Assembly (NCBI GenBank): GCA_977017575.1 | Contig: CDRNVI010000043.1 | Span: 496,001 to 560,000 of the forward strand | Length of the DNA stretch: 64,000 bases | Direction: 5' to 3' | Origin: Paramoeba atlantica | Taxonomy: Eukaryota; Protista; Discosea | Shown here: positions 1 to 11,001 of the stretch, one piece after another | Layout of the letters: every line of letters starts with the position of its first letter | How positions within the stretch are numbered: position 1 is the first letter of the stretch | Made by a program: the position numbers and the translations under genes | The notes under the pieces: generated by a model | The model's database searches: none | The model's input: only the letters and a program-made list of their open reading frames with translations | What the model was told of the DNA's origin: nothing

Positions 1-190
1 CGTGTGGAATCCTCTATGGGATTCCTGCATCAAGTTATTCTTTCTTACATCATCAGATTACTGGTCTAGTAATTCCAGTCTGGAAGCTTAGATGCAATTG
101 GGACCAGATTAGATTTCTGGAAGAAACCTACCAGAGCAGGTAGGCATAGTTCCATCTCCACCGCTAGCCATCTCTCCAAACACTGTGACT

Positions 191-1213
191 CTACGTACTC
201 TCTTTCGGGGCTTCTTGATTTGAAGCCTCTAAATATTTAACCCACAACTGAGCCATTTGACAAAGTTTAACAACTGTCAACTTCCACATCGGCAGGGATG
301 GGTCAACCGCTACCTCTTGTGAGATGTATGCCGCGACTTCCGGAGGCATAGCTCGAGTGAGACCTTTGTGCACCGCCTCCTTGTGACGACTACGAATAAC
401 CATTTTTAAAAACTGTGAGAGCGCCGCACCGTCCACAGGCACCAAAGGAACGCGTCGAGGACGGAACGCAACAATGGCTGCAGGAGCTTGTGATGAGGGA
501 TAAAATGTTTCCTCCACGAGCGTTTTCTCAACCCGGGGTGCGAAATAATTCTGACACATGACGGAGAAATATCCAAACGAGTTTGTATCCGATGCAGCAC
601 ATATTCTCTCGGCCACAGGTTGTTGGAAAAGGGCACGAAATGGCACGGCACCAAGTGAAAAAAGTCCCGTCCGCCGACTCGCTCCCACACAATATCTAAA
701 AAGCAGTTTGTCTACAGTGTCAAACGGAACGTTGACGAACAAGGAGACCTCTGGATCGGCATCCCACGGTGAAGACCAATTCCGCTCTGGGAAGGTTTCG
801 GCAATTAGAGCGGCTTCGTCGCAATTCAAAATGTCTGCATTAATCCACCGGAATCGATGCCCCGTTGTCCGCTGAATTCCTTCCAAATAGGTGTTATATT
901 TTGTGTCCCCCTCAATACCCAATATTCCTTGACATGGTCGAGTGAGCAGACTTCGGGTCAAAGTGCCGGGACCGGATCCCACCTCCACAATAAGTTTCTT
1001 CTCCTGTGGGTGAATTGCCTGAACTAAAGTATGAGTTAGCTTGAGATTCATCATGAAGCGATTTCCTTTGTGTAGCTGGGGAAGCTCGTGTGATTTATGC
1101 ACTTTATACATGTATCGCACGTCCCCACCGCGCATGCGAGGGCCACCCGGACAACGGAGCGTGTCCACCCATTGTCGTCCTTTTTTCGTGAGGGGGACGC
1201 GCCGAACGTCCAT
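191..1213 (-). CDS. rRNA adenine dimethyltransferase, KsgA/Dim1/TFB1M family (probably mitochondrial)
   Basis: SAM-binding motif IVEVGSGPGTLTRSLL, GIEGD, INADIL and NVPF (variant of NLPY). KGNRFMMN aligns with the family GQNFL motif. Basic N-terminal extension. Confidence 0.8.
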   Translation of the reverse strand: MDVRRVPLTKKGRQWVDTLRCPGGPRMRGGDVRYMYKVHKSHELPQLHKGNRFMMNLKLTHTLVQAIHPQEKKLIVEVGSGPGTLTRSLLTRPCQGILGIEGDTKYNTYLEGIQRTTGHRFRWINADILNCDEAALIAETFPERNWSSPWDADPEVSLFVNVPFDTVDKLLFRYCVGASRRTGLFSLGAVPFRALFQQPVAERICAASDTNSFGYFSVMCQNYFAPRVEKTLVEETFYPSSQAPAAIVAFRPRRVPLVPVDGAALSQFLKMVIRSRHKEAVHKGLTRAMPPEVAAYISQEVAVDPSLPMWKLTVVKLCQMAQLWVKYLEASNQEAPKEST

Positions 1214-1453
1214 GAATTACATAAACTTTTATCTGAATATCAATTTGCCTTGTGGATTTGGTTCTGTCTTTATGTCACCGGTTTTCGGTAGTACGAAAAG
1301 TGTTGCGAGCAATACATCTTCAAAAAAATCATTTTAGGGAAATAAGATACATGATTATGACTACATGCAAAATCTTAGTAAAGTTATAAGAATGATTACG
1401 CGCATGTATCATTGATGCAATAATTCGTGCCAGACGCCTTTAGGAGTTATTGT

Positions 1454-2752
1454 TTAAATGGCGCAACCCCACAGACGAAGCACACAATCATCACATCCGG
1501 TCATGAGAGATTGCTGTGTTGGTGAAGCCTCAAGACTACGGGCAGTACCTGGGTGAATGAGGCGGCACAATTGCTGCTCAGAATGAACGTCATATCCTAT
1601 TACTACGCAGTCCTCGGCGTCTGCATTTGTCACAATGACGTTCTCGCGGAAAAGGAACCGTGCGGTCGGTCGTTGAAGTGCATTCAGTTGCTGGGGCGTG
1701 CCATAGGTTCTTACCGCTGTGCAGAATTTTCGCAAATCCCACAAAATACAACGGTTGTCACGCCCGGCACTTAGCAAATAGTTGCCTGTACGTGAAAATC
1801 GAACACTGGTGACATCCACTCCGGAGTGCGCCTGTGTGTTGTTGTGCGTAAGCTCCGCACTCGCACCGTCCCACACTTTCAAAGTGCCATCTGCACTACC
1901 AGTTGCGAAGAGATCCCCATCCGGGTGCAGCGCAAGATCCCAAACCGTGTGTTGATGCGCGTCGGATTCGGAGACGGCACTGGTCAACGTGGCGCTGGTC
2001 TCTAAGTCGTGAATACGAACTACGGGATGGTCTGTCCCATAGAACAGATATCTTCCATCGGGGTGAGCTGCTAAACATCGCACCGGGAAGTTGTCTTTAA
2101 TCACGGACACAGCCTTGCGAGATTGCGGTCGCGTATAATCAAAAATGTGGATGAGACCATCCCTGCCACCAGAGAGAAGCACCGGTTGTGTGGGGTGGAA
2201 CTGGAGAGCCAGGACGGGCTGTAAATGGTCTGTGAAAACGCGGCACAGAGTCTTAATTTCTTGTCCTTGTATAGTAGGGTACAAAGCGCGAGAGTGTATA
2301 GCATCCACGTCGTGGACATGAATTGTACCATCTATGTAACCACTGGCACAGTATTCGCCTTCGGGTGAATAGCATACCGAACATGCCGTACTCTTATGTG
2401 TCGCTGTGAATTGTTCACAAAATCGTGTCGAACGCTCGTCGGTAACATACTTAGGAATGAAAGGCACGAAGTCTTCTACCGTGTCGTGAGCTTTTGTTTT
2501 TGAACCCCATCCTAGCCGATTCGTGGTTTCTTCGGATATAGCACACTCAGCAACATACTTCGCATGCCCCAGAGCGTCCCCCAATTTTCCAAGAGAAACG
2601 AGTTCGGATAATTTGTTTTCGTTAGAGTCAAGCGGTGAAGAAGTGCACATCGTACTGCGGCAAACTGCACGTGCCGCGTCGTAAAAGCCATCGGCATGCA
2701 ATTGGGCAGCCATGAGCTGATAAAGCTCTTCATGACTTGTACCATTCGTCAT
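1454..2752 (-). CDS. CSTF1: Cleavage stimulation factor 50 kDa subunit (CstF-50), WD40
   Basis: N-terminal dimerisation helix ELYQLMAAQLHADGF, then seven WD40 repeats matching CstF-50 (THKSTACSVCYSPEG, DHLQPVLALQFHPT, GTDHPVVRIHD, QAHSGVDVTSVRFS). A pyrimidine tract and AG lie just upstream of the ATG on the minus strand. Confidence 0.85.
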   Translation of the reverse strand: MTNGTSHEELYQLMAAQLHADGFYDAARAVCRSTMCTSSPLDSNENKLSELVSLGKLGDALGHAKYVAECAISEETTNRLGWGSKTKAHDTVEDFVPFIPKYVTDERSTRFCEQFTATHKSTACSVCYSPEGEYCASGYIDGTIHVHDVDAIHSRALYPTIQGQEIKTLCRVFTDHLQPVLALQFHPTQPVLLSGGRDGLIHIFDYTRPQSRKAVSVIKDNFPVRCLAAHPDGRYLFYGTDHPVVRIHDLETSATLTSAVSESDAHQHTVWDLALHPDGDLFATGSADGTLKVWDGASAELTHNNTQAHSGVDVTSVRFSRTGNYLLSAGRDNRCILWDLRKFCTAVRTYGTPQQLNALQRPTARFLFRENVIVTNADAEDCVVIGYDVHSEQQLCRLIHPGTARSLEASPTQQSLMTGCDDCVLRLWGCAI

Positions 2753-3086
2753 TCTGAGTCAAACCGTGACAAATTAGAACGGAAAAAAAACAAAAAAATC
2801 TTGAAATACACATTTCATATATCCCCCCTGCCCCACGTAAAATACGTACTAGTCTAGTATGGCTCTGTTAATCACTGCAGATCATGCCTTATAAACTGTT
2901 AGTTCCGAAATTGATAATGCTATATCCAAAAGAATAGTAACGCTTTAAATAGTACACACACATAATAAAATGTAATGGTTTAAATAACAGTTTGTATACG
3001 AGAACCATGACTCACGCTATAACTGCGGATCTTGTTGCTTCTGCGATTATTATACCTCCGATCAATGAACCCGAGTATCAAACTTG

Positions 3087-4178
3087 CTAGTCACTCGCGT
3101 GTGGCATATCCTGTTCATCAATAGAAGGTACGCTGTCATGATCGGAGAAAGATTCAGTGATACAATCTGTCATCTTCAAGTCCTCGCGTATCGCTCCAGC
3201 CTCGAGAGCAATTGCAGCATGAATGCAGTTGTTTTCCACTAGTGGTAGGTTTTCTATGGGCTTTTCATTTTGTTCATCGGATGTATCCGAAGGTTCTGCT
3301 AACCTTCGACCCGGATCAAGCTGCAGATAGTGAAACACATCAGTGTCATAGGCTGCGCACTTCGATCCGTCTAGAGATCTCGTTGAAAGTAGACTTTCAT
3401 GCTTTAACATAGACGTACAATTGGCGTTTGCTTCGAATCGTTCCACTTTTTCAGGCAAGTCGCTTTCGTAAAGAGAAGGGCGAATCGGTTGGTTAACCAA
3501 GGTAATCAGAGCTAAACTGGTTTGCATTACTGTACGTTGCTCTGCATTAGTGCAAGAAGCAATGCTACACTTCAGGCGTCGGAGAATATGTGACATGAAA
3601 GAAGGAGCTTGTGGTCGCGAGCAAGCTATAATAGCCTGTACCCAAAGGTTTGCCTGAAAATCATAAGGTTGATGAAGAAAAAGTTGTAGGATGCAACCTT
3701 CTAGATCCGTCCTCAAAGAAATATCGAGGAATGGCATTGTACTGACATATAGGGCTCGAGAAATACGCAGTGCTAAATTAAAAGTATCTTTATCGTTCTC
3801 TGGAGACCATGGGGGCATGTCTCTATCTTTCATGGCTACGAGAAGTCGTGACGCTGACCGTACCCCAAACAGCACACCAACGGACTCAGTACACAACATT
3901 AGCAATTGTAACACCTCTCCTGGTTCACGAGATGTGCGCCTCCAAGCGACGCACAATGCATCCAAGATAGCTTCAGAAAAAGGGAGGTAAAAAGCAAGTA
4001 AAGAAGTGGCTCTTCTAGAATCCTGCGCGGTTTGAGTTGTTTGACGAGAGTCTAGTGAATTTAACAACCGTTTCATGGAACCAAGTCGGAGATTTTCTTT
4101 TCTTGACACCAAACTGGAGCACATTTTGGTTATCACTGTTTCCACCCCAACAGTAAAATTTTCTGCCTTGTTTTCCAT
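3087..4178 (-). CDS. Hypothetical alpha-helical (ARM/HEAT-like) protein, weak RIX1/PELP1-like resemblance
   Basis: 363-aa ORF on the polycistron strand; Leu-rich helical pattern with acidic tail. Family assignment is a guess. Confidence 0.55.
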   Translation of the reverse strand: MENKAENFTVGVETVITKMCSSLVSRKENLRLGSMKRLLNSLDSRQTTQTAQDSRRATSLLAFYLPFSEAILDALCVAWRRTSREPGEVLQLLMLCTESVGVLFGVRSASRLLVAMKDRDMPPWSPENDKDTFNLALRISRALYVSTMPFLDISLRTDLEGCILQLFLHQPYDFQANLWVQAIIACSRPQAPSFMSHILRRLKCSIASCTNAEQRTVMQTSLALITLVNQPIRPSLYESDLPEKVERFEANANCTSMLKHESLLSTRSLDGSKCAAYDTDVFHYLQLDPGRRLAEPSDTSDEQNEKPIENLPLVENNCIHAAIALEAGAIREDLKMTDCITESFSDHDSVPSIDEQDMPHASD

Positions 4179-4434
4179 CGCTTTCGGAGTTCCCTTAGTT
4201 CCGTACCGAAAGATGCACTCTTCTATATTGTATAGTAGTTGTTATGTTGATATTTGAAAAGCAAAATGTATAATGCATGTGTTTTAATGTCGCGTTGCTC
4301 CGTATGCTTAATCTATTTTTCCTCTCAATTAATGTTCAAGGGAAAAAATTACAAATAAGCTATCAGAACGAGATCCGACTTGCTCAAGAAAGACCACTGT
4401 TACTCGTTTCATCTATGAAGTAAAACAGTGTGTT

Positions 4435-5772
4435 TTAATCGTCCGTCAAGTCATCAAAAGAGTCGGGAACAATATCAGATACTTCACTTGAATGGCTATG
4501 ATCATCGAGAACCAAGCCGACTTGTTCTTCGTCGGAGGTCGAGATCGTTCCAGAAACGTTAATAAAAAATCGTCGAGGGCGAGGTATATGTTCGTGCAAT
4601 GGATTCCTCTGCCACATAATTGGTTTCGAAAATAGATATCGGCTTTCGCTGAGGCCCTCTTTTCTTTTCACATCGCTTTCGCAAACTTGAGTTCTTACGC
4701 AAGTTACCGGTCGCCAGCTTGACCAATTATTGTTGAAGAATTGTACCGTTCCAACATCGGGATCTTCAAATACCACTGTGTGAGTGCCGTCAGAAAGTCG
4801 GACCTCGTCTCTACCAAAATTGAAAGCAATCTGAATTTCTTTAGCAACTGCTGACGAATATGCAGTCCATGCACGTGAATCGTCATCACGCAATCGCAAG
4901 TGTGACTTCCAAAACCACTGTTCAGAAGCATTCGAGTTTTCTTCCGTACAACAGCTCGATAATTGTTCAAGGTTTACGCTCTGATGTACGGATCTGTCCA
5001 GCTCGCTCGATGATGCGCTGCTCAAACATACGGTGTCCCTTGCTACATTGGGGGGATGCAACCCTGTGTTGCTTTGCTGTGATGACTCTTGCTTATGAAT
5101 TTTAATGTCATCTGATACAGACTCCAATTCGATTCGATCATTCGAAGGTTCAGCAAGCGGGTAATGAATTTCACCCCTCACAGTGGCTATTTCCGTGCTA
5201 CGGACAACAAAGAGCGGTAATGAAGAAAGTTCTCCCTTTCCGTACTCATTTTCTTGCGTCGGTGATTCGTGTCTGGGGTGAACAACAGCAATCACATCTC
5301 CTTCTGAAAGGTAGCTCACGTTCGTTATTTCTTGGAAACTGCGCTTCCTCAATTCAACGCCATTAACAAACGTTTTATTCTGTCCAAAGTGTTCAATAGC
5401 CAGTCTGGGAGACACATCGGATGTATCATTAAAGTCGTTCTTCTGACAGTATCCAACAGTGAAATGATGCCGCGAAACCAGTGTAGACAATATTCTTTGG
5501 CCCGGCGGAATCAACTCATCTCGACCAAATCGCCACGTGGGATGCAAATGTCTCACGCACAAAGAAGAACTAATGGATTGATTACATTCTTTGGGTGGTG
5601 TGGCCGAACTGTCCAACACATATCTGGTCTCAGGAGTCATAGAAGAGCTGACGTGAGGCGAGGCTACTTCATTCATATTCTCTGTATCGTACAGCAGCGG
5701 AATAGAAATGCCAGAATGGTTATCTCCGCTATGCAATTCATTGCATCTGTCAATGCGCTCAAGGTACCACAT
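4435..5772 (-). CDS. FHA domain + WWE domain protein
   Basis: FHA motifs WRFGRD...VSRHHF...GQNKTFVNG. WWE-like segment QWFWKSH...AWTAYSSAVAKEIQIAF...RPV. Confidence 0.7.
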   Translation of the reverse strand: MWYLERIDRCNELHSGDNHSGISIPLLYDTENMNEVASPHVSSSMTPETRYVLDSSATPPKECNQSISSSLCVRHLHPTWRFGRDELIPPGQRILSTLVSRHHFTVGYCQKNDFNDTSDVSPRLAIEHFGQNKTFVNGVELRKRSFQEITNVSYLSEGDVIAVVHPRHESPTQENEYGKGELSSLPLFVVRSTEIATVRGEIHYPLAEPSNDRIELESVSDDIKIHKQESSQQSNTGLHPPNVARDTVCLSSASSSELDRSVHQSVNLEQLSSCCTEENSNASEQWFWKSHLRLRDDDSRAWTAYSSAVAKEIQIAFNFGRDEVRLSDGTHTVVFEDPDVGTVQFFNNNWSSWRPVTCVRTQVCESDVKRKEGLSESRYLFSKPIMWQRNPLHEHIPRPRRFFINVSGTISTSDEEQVGLVLDDHSHSSEVSDIVPDSFDDLTDD

Positions 5773-6030
5773 TTTCTGGTGACCTATGACCTACTTAGAT
5801 GCTGCAACCAGAATTCATGTGATGTAGTATGTATACTGTAGCTGCACACTATTCATGACTCTGTAATGGTTGTACATTAGTTATACAGTTTATGTATACA
5901 ATACTATGACACTGAGATATCTATATTCAAGATGAAAGGGAATATCATGTTAGCTACCAAACTCCTACAAACTTTCCCAAAAGTATGAAGATCATGATCT
6001 TACAACAAAAACTTCAGTGCGGTTAAATTA

Positions 6031-6123
6031 CTGTCCCCACTATTTAGTGTTGAGTGAAATTCGGCTAAATTCAACACTAAGTTATTAGGGGGTTGAGCAC
6101 TCAATAGTAAATTGGGGGGACAG
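6031..6123. mobile_element. 93-bp MITE-like element with TA target-site duplication
   Basis: TA|CTGTCCCC ... GGGGACAG|TA, with an internal inverted pair TTAGTGTTGA/TCAACACTAA. Confidence 0.55.
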
Positions 6124-6188
6124 TAGTATCCCAAACCCATCGTTATCCGAGCAAAAACTTGAATATGAGTACATACTCAAGATGAGCG

Positions 6189-6995
6189 CTAGTATACTAA
6201 AGGAAACATTTTCCATCGAGGGAGCTGCATCTTCCCGTAATGTGATTCGTACCATTCATACTGTTCCCTGGCTGTCAAACCCAAATTTATCGCGGTAAAA
6301 AGGGCTGGAAAGCAACAAAGTGTCCCTCTTTGTACATTACACAAGGTCAGTATAAAGTAAAAAATAGTTTCGCAGGTGTAATGAGGGAAAATGATGTAAC
6401 GAAAAGTGGGCAATGCGTACGCTGGTGAAGAAGAATCGATTTTACGTAGCAAATATAATTGATGGTGTGCATAAGATTGGGCAGCTTGGCAAGTCATGCA
6501 TAAACTTAAAGCACCCCAACAAACGTTGCTTGCATAAATTATTTCCTCACCAGCGTAAAAGAATGGATTTGAAAGAAAGTATGACAATGGTGTAGCAATA
6601 TAGAAGGAGGCTCCAGCGAATGACTGAACAAGCCCTACGTTTGGAGATCTTGTAGATCGATGCCATATTAATGTCTCAAGCATGCGACGCGCGCAATGGA
6701 AAGCAAGTATGGCTAATGCGGTGGTATTTCTTGGGGAAGCAAAAGTTATTTGTGACCAAGCAAGCGCTGAACATGAAAATAATAAACCGGTGAGGTAAAA
6801 CATCGTAAAACAGAGCGGTCTTGTGATTCGAAATTTTCTCCATCGCGATGTCGCCAGTGATTGTGAGTTGTACAAAAAGGCAGCCTTTCCATAAGAACAC
6901 CATGCACGAAACTGAACAGAGAAATACCTCAATGCAAGGGATGCAACAGCGAGAATCCAATATAAATGCAAGAGGTTGCATACATGCTCTTCCAT
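6189..6995 (-). CDS. Polyprenol reductase (DFG10/SRD5A3 family)
   Basis: Multi-TM protein with FHCARRMLET, QSYAHHQLYLLRK, IIFPHYTCE, NLGLTAREQYEWY and RWKMFPLVY motifs. Confidence 0.85.
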   Translation of the reverse strand: MEEHVCNLLHLYWILAVASLALRYFSVQFRAWCSYGKAAFLYNSQSLATSRWRKFRITRPLCFTMFYLTGLLFSCSALAWSQITFASPRNTTALAILAFHCARRMLETLIWHRSTRSPNVGLVQSFAGASFYIATPLSYFLSNPFFYAGEEIIYASNVCWGALSLCMTCQAAQSYAHHQLYLLRKIDSSSPAYALPTFRYIIFPHYTCETIFYFILTLCNVQRGTLCCFPALFTAINLGLTAREQYEWYESHYGKMQLPRWKMFPLVY

Positions 6996-7379
6996 TTCTT
7001 CAAACGAGTCCTACGAGGGATATCTTGCTCGAGGTTCAACGACCTGGATAGTTACACGTAGAGCCCTCTATGCTCATGCAAAAAAGCGAACGACAGCACT
7101 ACGTTTTTATTTTTCCACGAAACTATAACAATCAATTATCGACTTTTTCTGTACATTATCCAGCACGTCGATAATCTAAGGAAATGGCAAACTAGACAAC
7201 GAAATTTTAAGAACTTGCAAAGTTGGGGCAAGTAGGCACGTATATGTAAAAAGAAATTATCACAACATACAGGGTTAATGTCCAAATAAGGATTCCGACT
7301 TTTTCGATTTAATCTCCTAGCCACAATGCATCAGCATTGTTTTCTTTTTGTTTTTAAACTGGAACAGACATCCACGCAG

Positions 7380-8384
7380 TTACTTCTTTAGTGAAACAAC
7401 AGTGCCTCGTACAGGATCATCGTACACATCAAAAAATTTATCTTGGTGTGCACGAATTACTCGCTCAAACATGTTAAAACTAGGATGAACAAATTCTTGG
7501 TAAGCCGGGCAATGCAATTCCAGTTCTTTCATAATGAACTGCGAGTCACACTCCCCGTGCCGATCAATAACTCCACGAAGGAAGTCGTGCACCTGTGTCT
7601 CCGCAGCATGGCGCGTGTAATCCCTACGACGATCTTCCTCAATCATTATATGTAAGTGTTCTCTTAACGCTAGGCGAAGTTCGTTCGCATGACATGTGTG
7701 CGTTATATTATACCTTTTGATTTCCTCTGCGGAGTATTTAAAGAGATGAAACATCTGTTTATGAGCGCTTAAAAAGCCGTGCCACTTTCCATCGTAGAGT
7801 TTCGGAACAGTTAGGGGGTAGTGATAAGAAATTAGGACCAGAGATTGAACATAAGTCGATGGCAAGCTTCCGTGATACTTCTCATTTTTAAATACCTCGG
7901 CAACTTCCTGGACTAAACATTCTTCGTCGGTCTTTAGCGACCTGGCTACACGACGGGCCTCTATTTCAACCTTTCGGGTATCTTTAGCGATGCGAGTAAT
8001 CTCAAATGTTATGTGTTCAGGATACTTTGCGTGCATGTAGCTAAGTTTGTGAAGTGTGTTCGCCTTCGAAAGGACGCCCAGAGCGTATGCCTCAGAATCT
8101 ATAATGAGACGCGCCTCAAGGATAGGGGATGTTCTGCCATCAGTGGAATAATAATTCCCGTAATCAGCAATAAGAAACACACAGTGCAGAGATAACGGAG
8201 TAGCAAGCTGACCTGAGGCCATATCATAATCGGGCACCTTCAGAAAGAGATCTCTCTCCGCTACTTGAGTCGTGTTCATTGTTTCACCTATGCAGTGCGG
8301 AATTCGAACTTTTAATATCTGCCGCGCAGCATTTACATACAATACGGCATGCGGCGATGTAGGTGACAAAGAGGTTTCGTTCAT
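7380..8384 (-). CDS. Hypothetical protein, possibly with two winged-helix/OST-HTH-like segments
   Basis: 334-aa ORF on the polycistron strand. Segments ...YDGKWHGFLSAHKQMFHLF and ...FNMFERVIRAHQDKFFDV resemble each other and wHTH folds (inference). Confidence 0.55.
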   Translation of the reverse strand: MNETSLSPTSPHAVLYVNAARQILKVRIPHCIGETMNTTQVAERDLFLKVPDYDMASGQLATPLSLHCVFLIADYGNYYSTDGRTSPILEARLIIDSEAYALGVLSKANTLHKLSYMHAKYPEHITFEITRIAKDTRKVEIEARRVARSLKTDEECLVQEVAEVFKNEKYHGSLPSTYVQSLVLISYHYPLTVPKLYDGKWHGFLSAHKQMFHLFKYSAEEIKRYNITHTCHANELRLALREHLHIMIEEDRRRDYTRHAAETQVHDFLRGVIDRHGECDSQFIMKELELHCPAYQEFVHPSFNMFERVIRAHQDKFFDVYDDPVRGTVVSLKK

Positions 8385-8539
8385 AAACGAAGATATAACT
8401 TCTAACGAAAATAAAAATAATAAACTTATTGAAGTAACGATGCTTTTGGCTATGAAGTGTTACAATTCTTGCTTTTCACGCTTTTTAGAGGACGAAGGAG
8501 GGTACAGTGTCGCTTTATCAACTCGCTAAAGGGTAAATA

Positions 8540-10101
8540 CAGGGGGGTGCACGAAAAAGACACTTAATCTGAAATTCGTATAACTTGTCCGATTTTGGAA
8601 AATAATAGCGCATTCGAGAGCTCTCGAAATACTGAGTGTCGTAGTGGAGCGCCTTTTTCGTTTTGTTTGGGTTCATAAAAGGTTTTTCCCTTCTCATTAT
8701 TTTTTTTGTGAAAAAACTTGCAGATTTCCTTTTCTCTGAAGAATTCTTCGGTTTTTCCGCGTAAAATGACTTCTCGCGAACCAATATTGGGAGAAGCTCT
8801 TACAGATCTGGACAGGTCAAGCTAACCCATCGTATGCTCCTCGTTGAACACTATTATCGCGTGGGATCGATCCGAGCCACTGCACGCCACTACAGTGTGA
8901 CTAGCTGTACAGTTCGTCGTTGGGTTCAACGTCACGAGGAAACGGATGATGTTTCGAGGACCCCAACTAGTCGCTCCAACCCTGTGATCACCCCTGCCTT
9001 TATGATGGACAGTATCGCGGTAATGGATCACCTAAACGCAACACTTCCCCTACGTTGCCCTTCATGGACCTTCTTGCATAAAGAAGTTTTAAAACAAACG
9101 GGCTCATAGTGCAGCCGAAGAGCCTTTATTAGAGCCCTAAAGGAAGAAGGTATTGTGCAACGAGGTTCCCCAAGAGTACCCAATCTCACTTCTCGGCGCA
9201 AAAGGCTTGAGAAAGGCTTGAGTTCTCCCAGGTGATGTCCTCGTGGACCGATTCGCAATTGCAAAAAATTTTTGGACGGACGAGAAGAAGTTCACATGCG
9301 GACTACGGAACAGAAAGGTCTCTTACATTTGCCGAAGCACCGACCCACCTTTGGAAGGGCTACCAGAAATGCAAAAGTGGCATGGGGGGGAAGGTATCAT
9401 GATATGGATGGGAGTTAGTCTAGAATATGGAATATTCTTTTTTTAGTTCCCTGACAAGGATGAAAATGGAAACAAACAAACTGTTAACTCGCAAAATTTT
9501 ATGACAGCAATGACAAGAAACAAAGGATTTTTCAACGTTCTAAAACGCCATCAAGGAGCAAGTGTTGTCATGGATGGCAGCCCTGTGCATAACAGAGCTA
9601 AATCTCTATTTAGAAATGAAGGTGTGAAAGTTCTTCCTTGGCCCTCCAGCTCCCCCGATTTGAATGTTATTGGAAATATTTTTTCGAATCAGGTCAGGGC
9701 TAGTTGACCAGAAGAACAGAACCCCCACAACCGTCAAGAACTTCGCCAGGCAATCAATGATTCGACCTTTATTTACAGAGTGATGGGAGACAAGTATACG
9801 AAAATACATTAAAAAGCGCCCCGAAGCATTTCATTGCATGTATTGAAAACGATGGGGGGCATTGTGGGTACTATGTAATAAATATAACAACTGCACATAA
9901 TTTGTCTGGAAATCTTCACTTGCAGATTTTCGAAAAGTGCAGTTTTTTGACCGTTCCTACTTCTGAGTAATGAAAGATTGCAAAAAAAGCGCTCCACTAC
10001 GACACTCAATATTTCGAGAGCTCTCGAATGCGCTATTATTTTCCAAAATTGGACAAGTTATACGAATTTTAGACTATGTGTCTTTTTCGTGCACCCCCCT
10101 G
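8540..10101 (+). mobile_element. Tc1/mariner-superfamily DNA transposon (family A), 1562 bp, inactivated
   Basis: About 120-bp TIRs (8540-8659 and 9982-10101, CAGGGGGGTGCACGAAAAAGACAC...) flanked by TA on both sides. Transposase pieces: HTH SIRATARHYSVT, WTDEKKF, MDGSPVH, WPSSSPDLNVIG. Confidence 0.92.
8834..9790 (+). pseudogene. Tc1-like transposase pseudogene
   Basis: In-frame TAG at 9107 and 9444, an 11-bp tandem duplication (AAAGGCTTGAG x2, about 9200) causing a frameshift, further indels, and catalytic E replaced by G (IGN for IEN). Confidence 0.85.
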
Positions 10102-10124
10102 TATATTAAATGTTAAATTATTTA

Positions 10125-10742
10125 TTAAAACAGGAATGACTCGCCACATCCACACTGACCTTTAATGTTGGGATTCCTAAACACAAATCTTTCTTCTGTT
10201 GGTGATGAAACGTAATCTAATGTAGTTCCAATTACGTAAAAGAGTGCAGACTTATCTATAGTAAGCTTAAAATCCGGAGTACTTATTGTATCTTCATCTA
10301 AGTTTTTCTCGATAGGTGCCGTCGCATATTCCATGACGTAGGAATAACCGCTACAACCGCGTCGTTTTACACTTAGCCGAATGCTGTTATGTGGCTCAGG
10401 AACACGACTTTGTAGCACACGTAGTTGGCGCTTTGCTGTATCTGTGATATCAATGACCTTTTTATTTTTATTTTCTCGCATTCTCCTTTGCAAGGCACTT
10501 TCATTTTGATGATCTACAGCGATTGAAGAGATTACGCTTGGTACAGAGCGGTTAGAAAATGTTGTAAATAACGAAGGTCTATTTTTCGGAACAGTCGAAG
10601 GGATGCGTCTTTGTTTGTAATCTACGCTCCTAATTTCAGTAGAAGAACGGAGTAAGAGGCAGTTACAAAACCACCTTGCTGTCCACCACATGTCAGTTCG
10701 AACTGTTCTTTTCGTAGCACGTAGTGAATGCATTTTAAGCAA
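10125..10742 (-). CDS. ISA1: Iron-sulfur cluster assembly protein IscA/Isa1 (mitochondrial)
   Basis: GCSGYSY motif and C-terminal NPNIKGQCGCGESF; Arg-rich presequence. Confidence 0.92.
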   Translation of the reverse strand: MLKMHSLRATKRTVRTDMWWTARWFCNCLLLRSSTEIRSVDYKQRRIPSTVPKNRPSLFTTFSNRSVPSVISSIAVDHQNESALQRRMRENKNKKVIDITDTAKRQLRVLQSRVPEPHNSIRLSVKRRGCSGYSYVMEYATAPIEKNLDEDTISTPDFKLTIDKSALFYVIGTTLDYVSSPTEERFVFRNPNIKGQCGCGESFLF

Positions 10743-11001
10743 AGAAGAAGTTGGTTACAAATTTCTAAAAGAAAATTCATAGAAAACATCACTCTGTAAA
10801 AAGGTTTAATTATTTGGCAGTTCTCATTTTCAAAAATCAAGAGAAGCTTTTGGTCCTTGATAAGGAGTTTATACAGCGAAGCGCTTTCGCGACACTTTCT
10901 TCCCATCTATTTTCCTTTGACAAAGTAGAAAGGTGAGTTTCACTGGACGACGATGCTCCAAACAAATTCCCTAAAACAATAAAAATTGTACTCAATGCGA
11001 G

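Noticed and set aside
9107-9707. Stop-codon reassignment (Blastocrithidia-like) suggested by in-frame TAG/TGA in the transposase
   Set aside because: Host genes have no in-frame stops and end in TAA/TAG/TGA, and the element also has frameshifts, so it is simply decayed.
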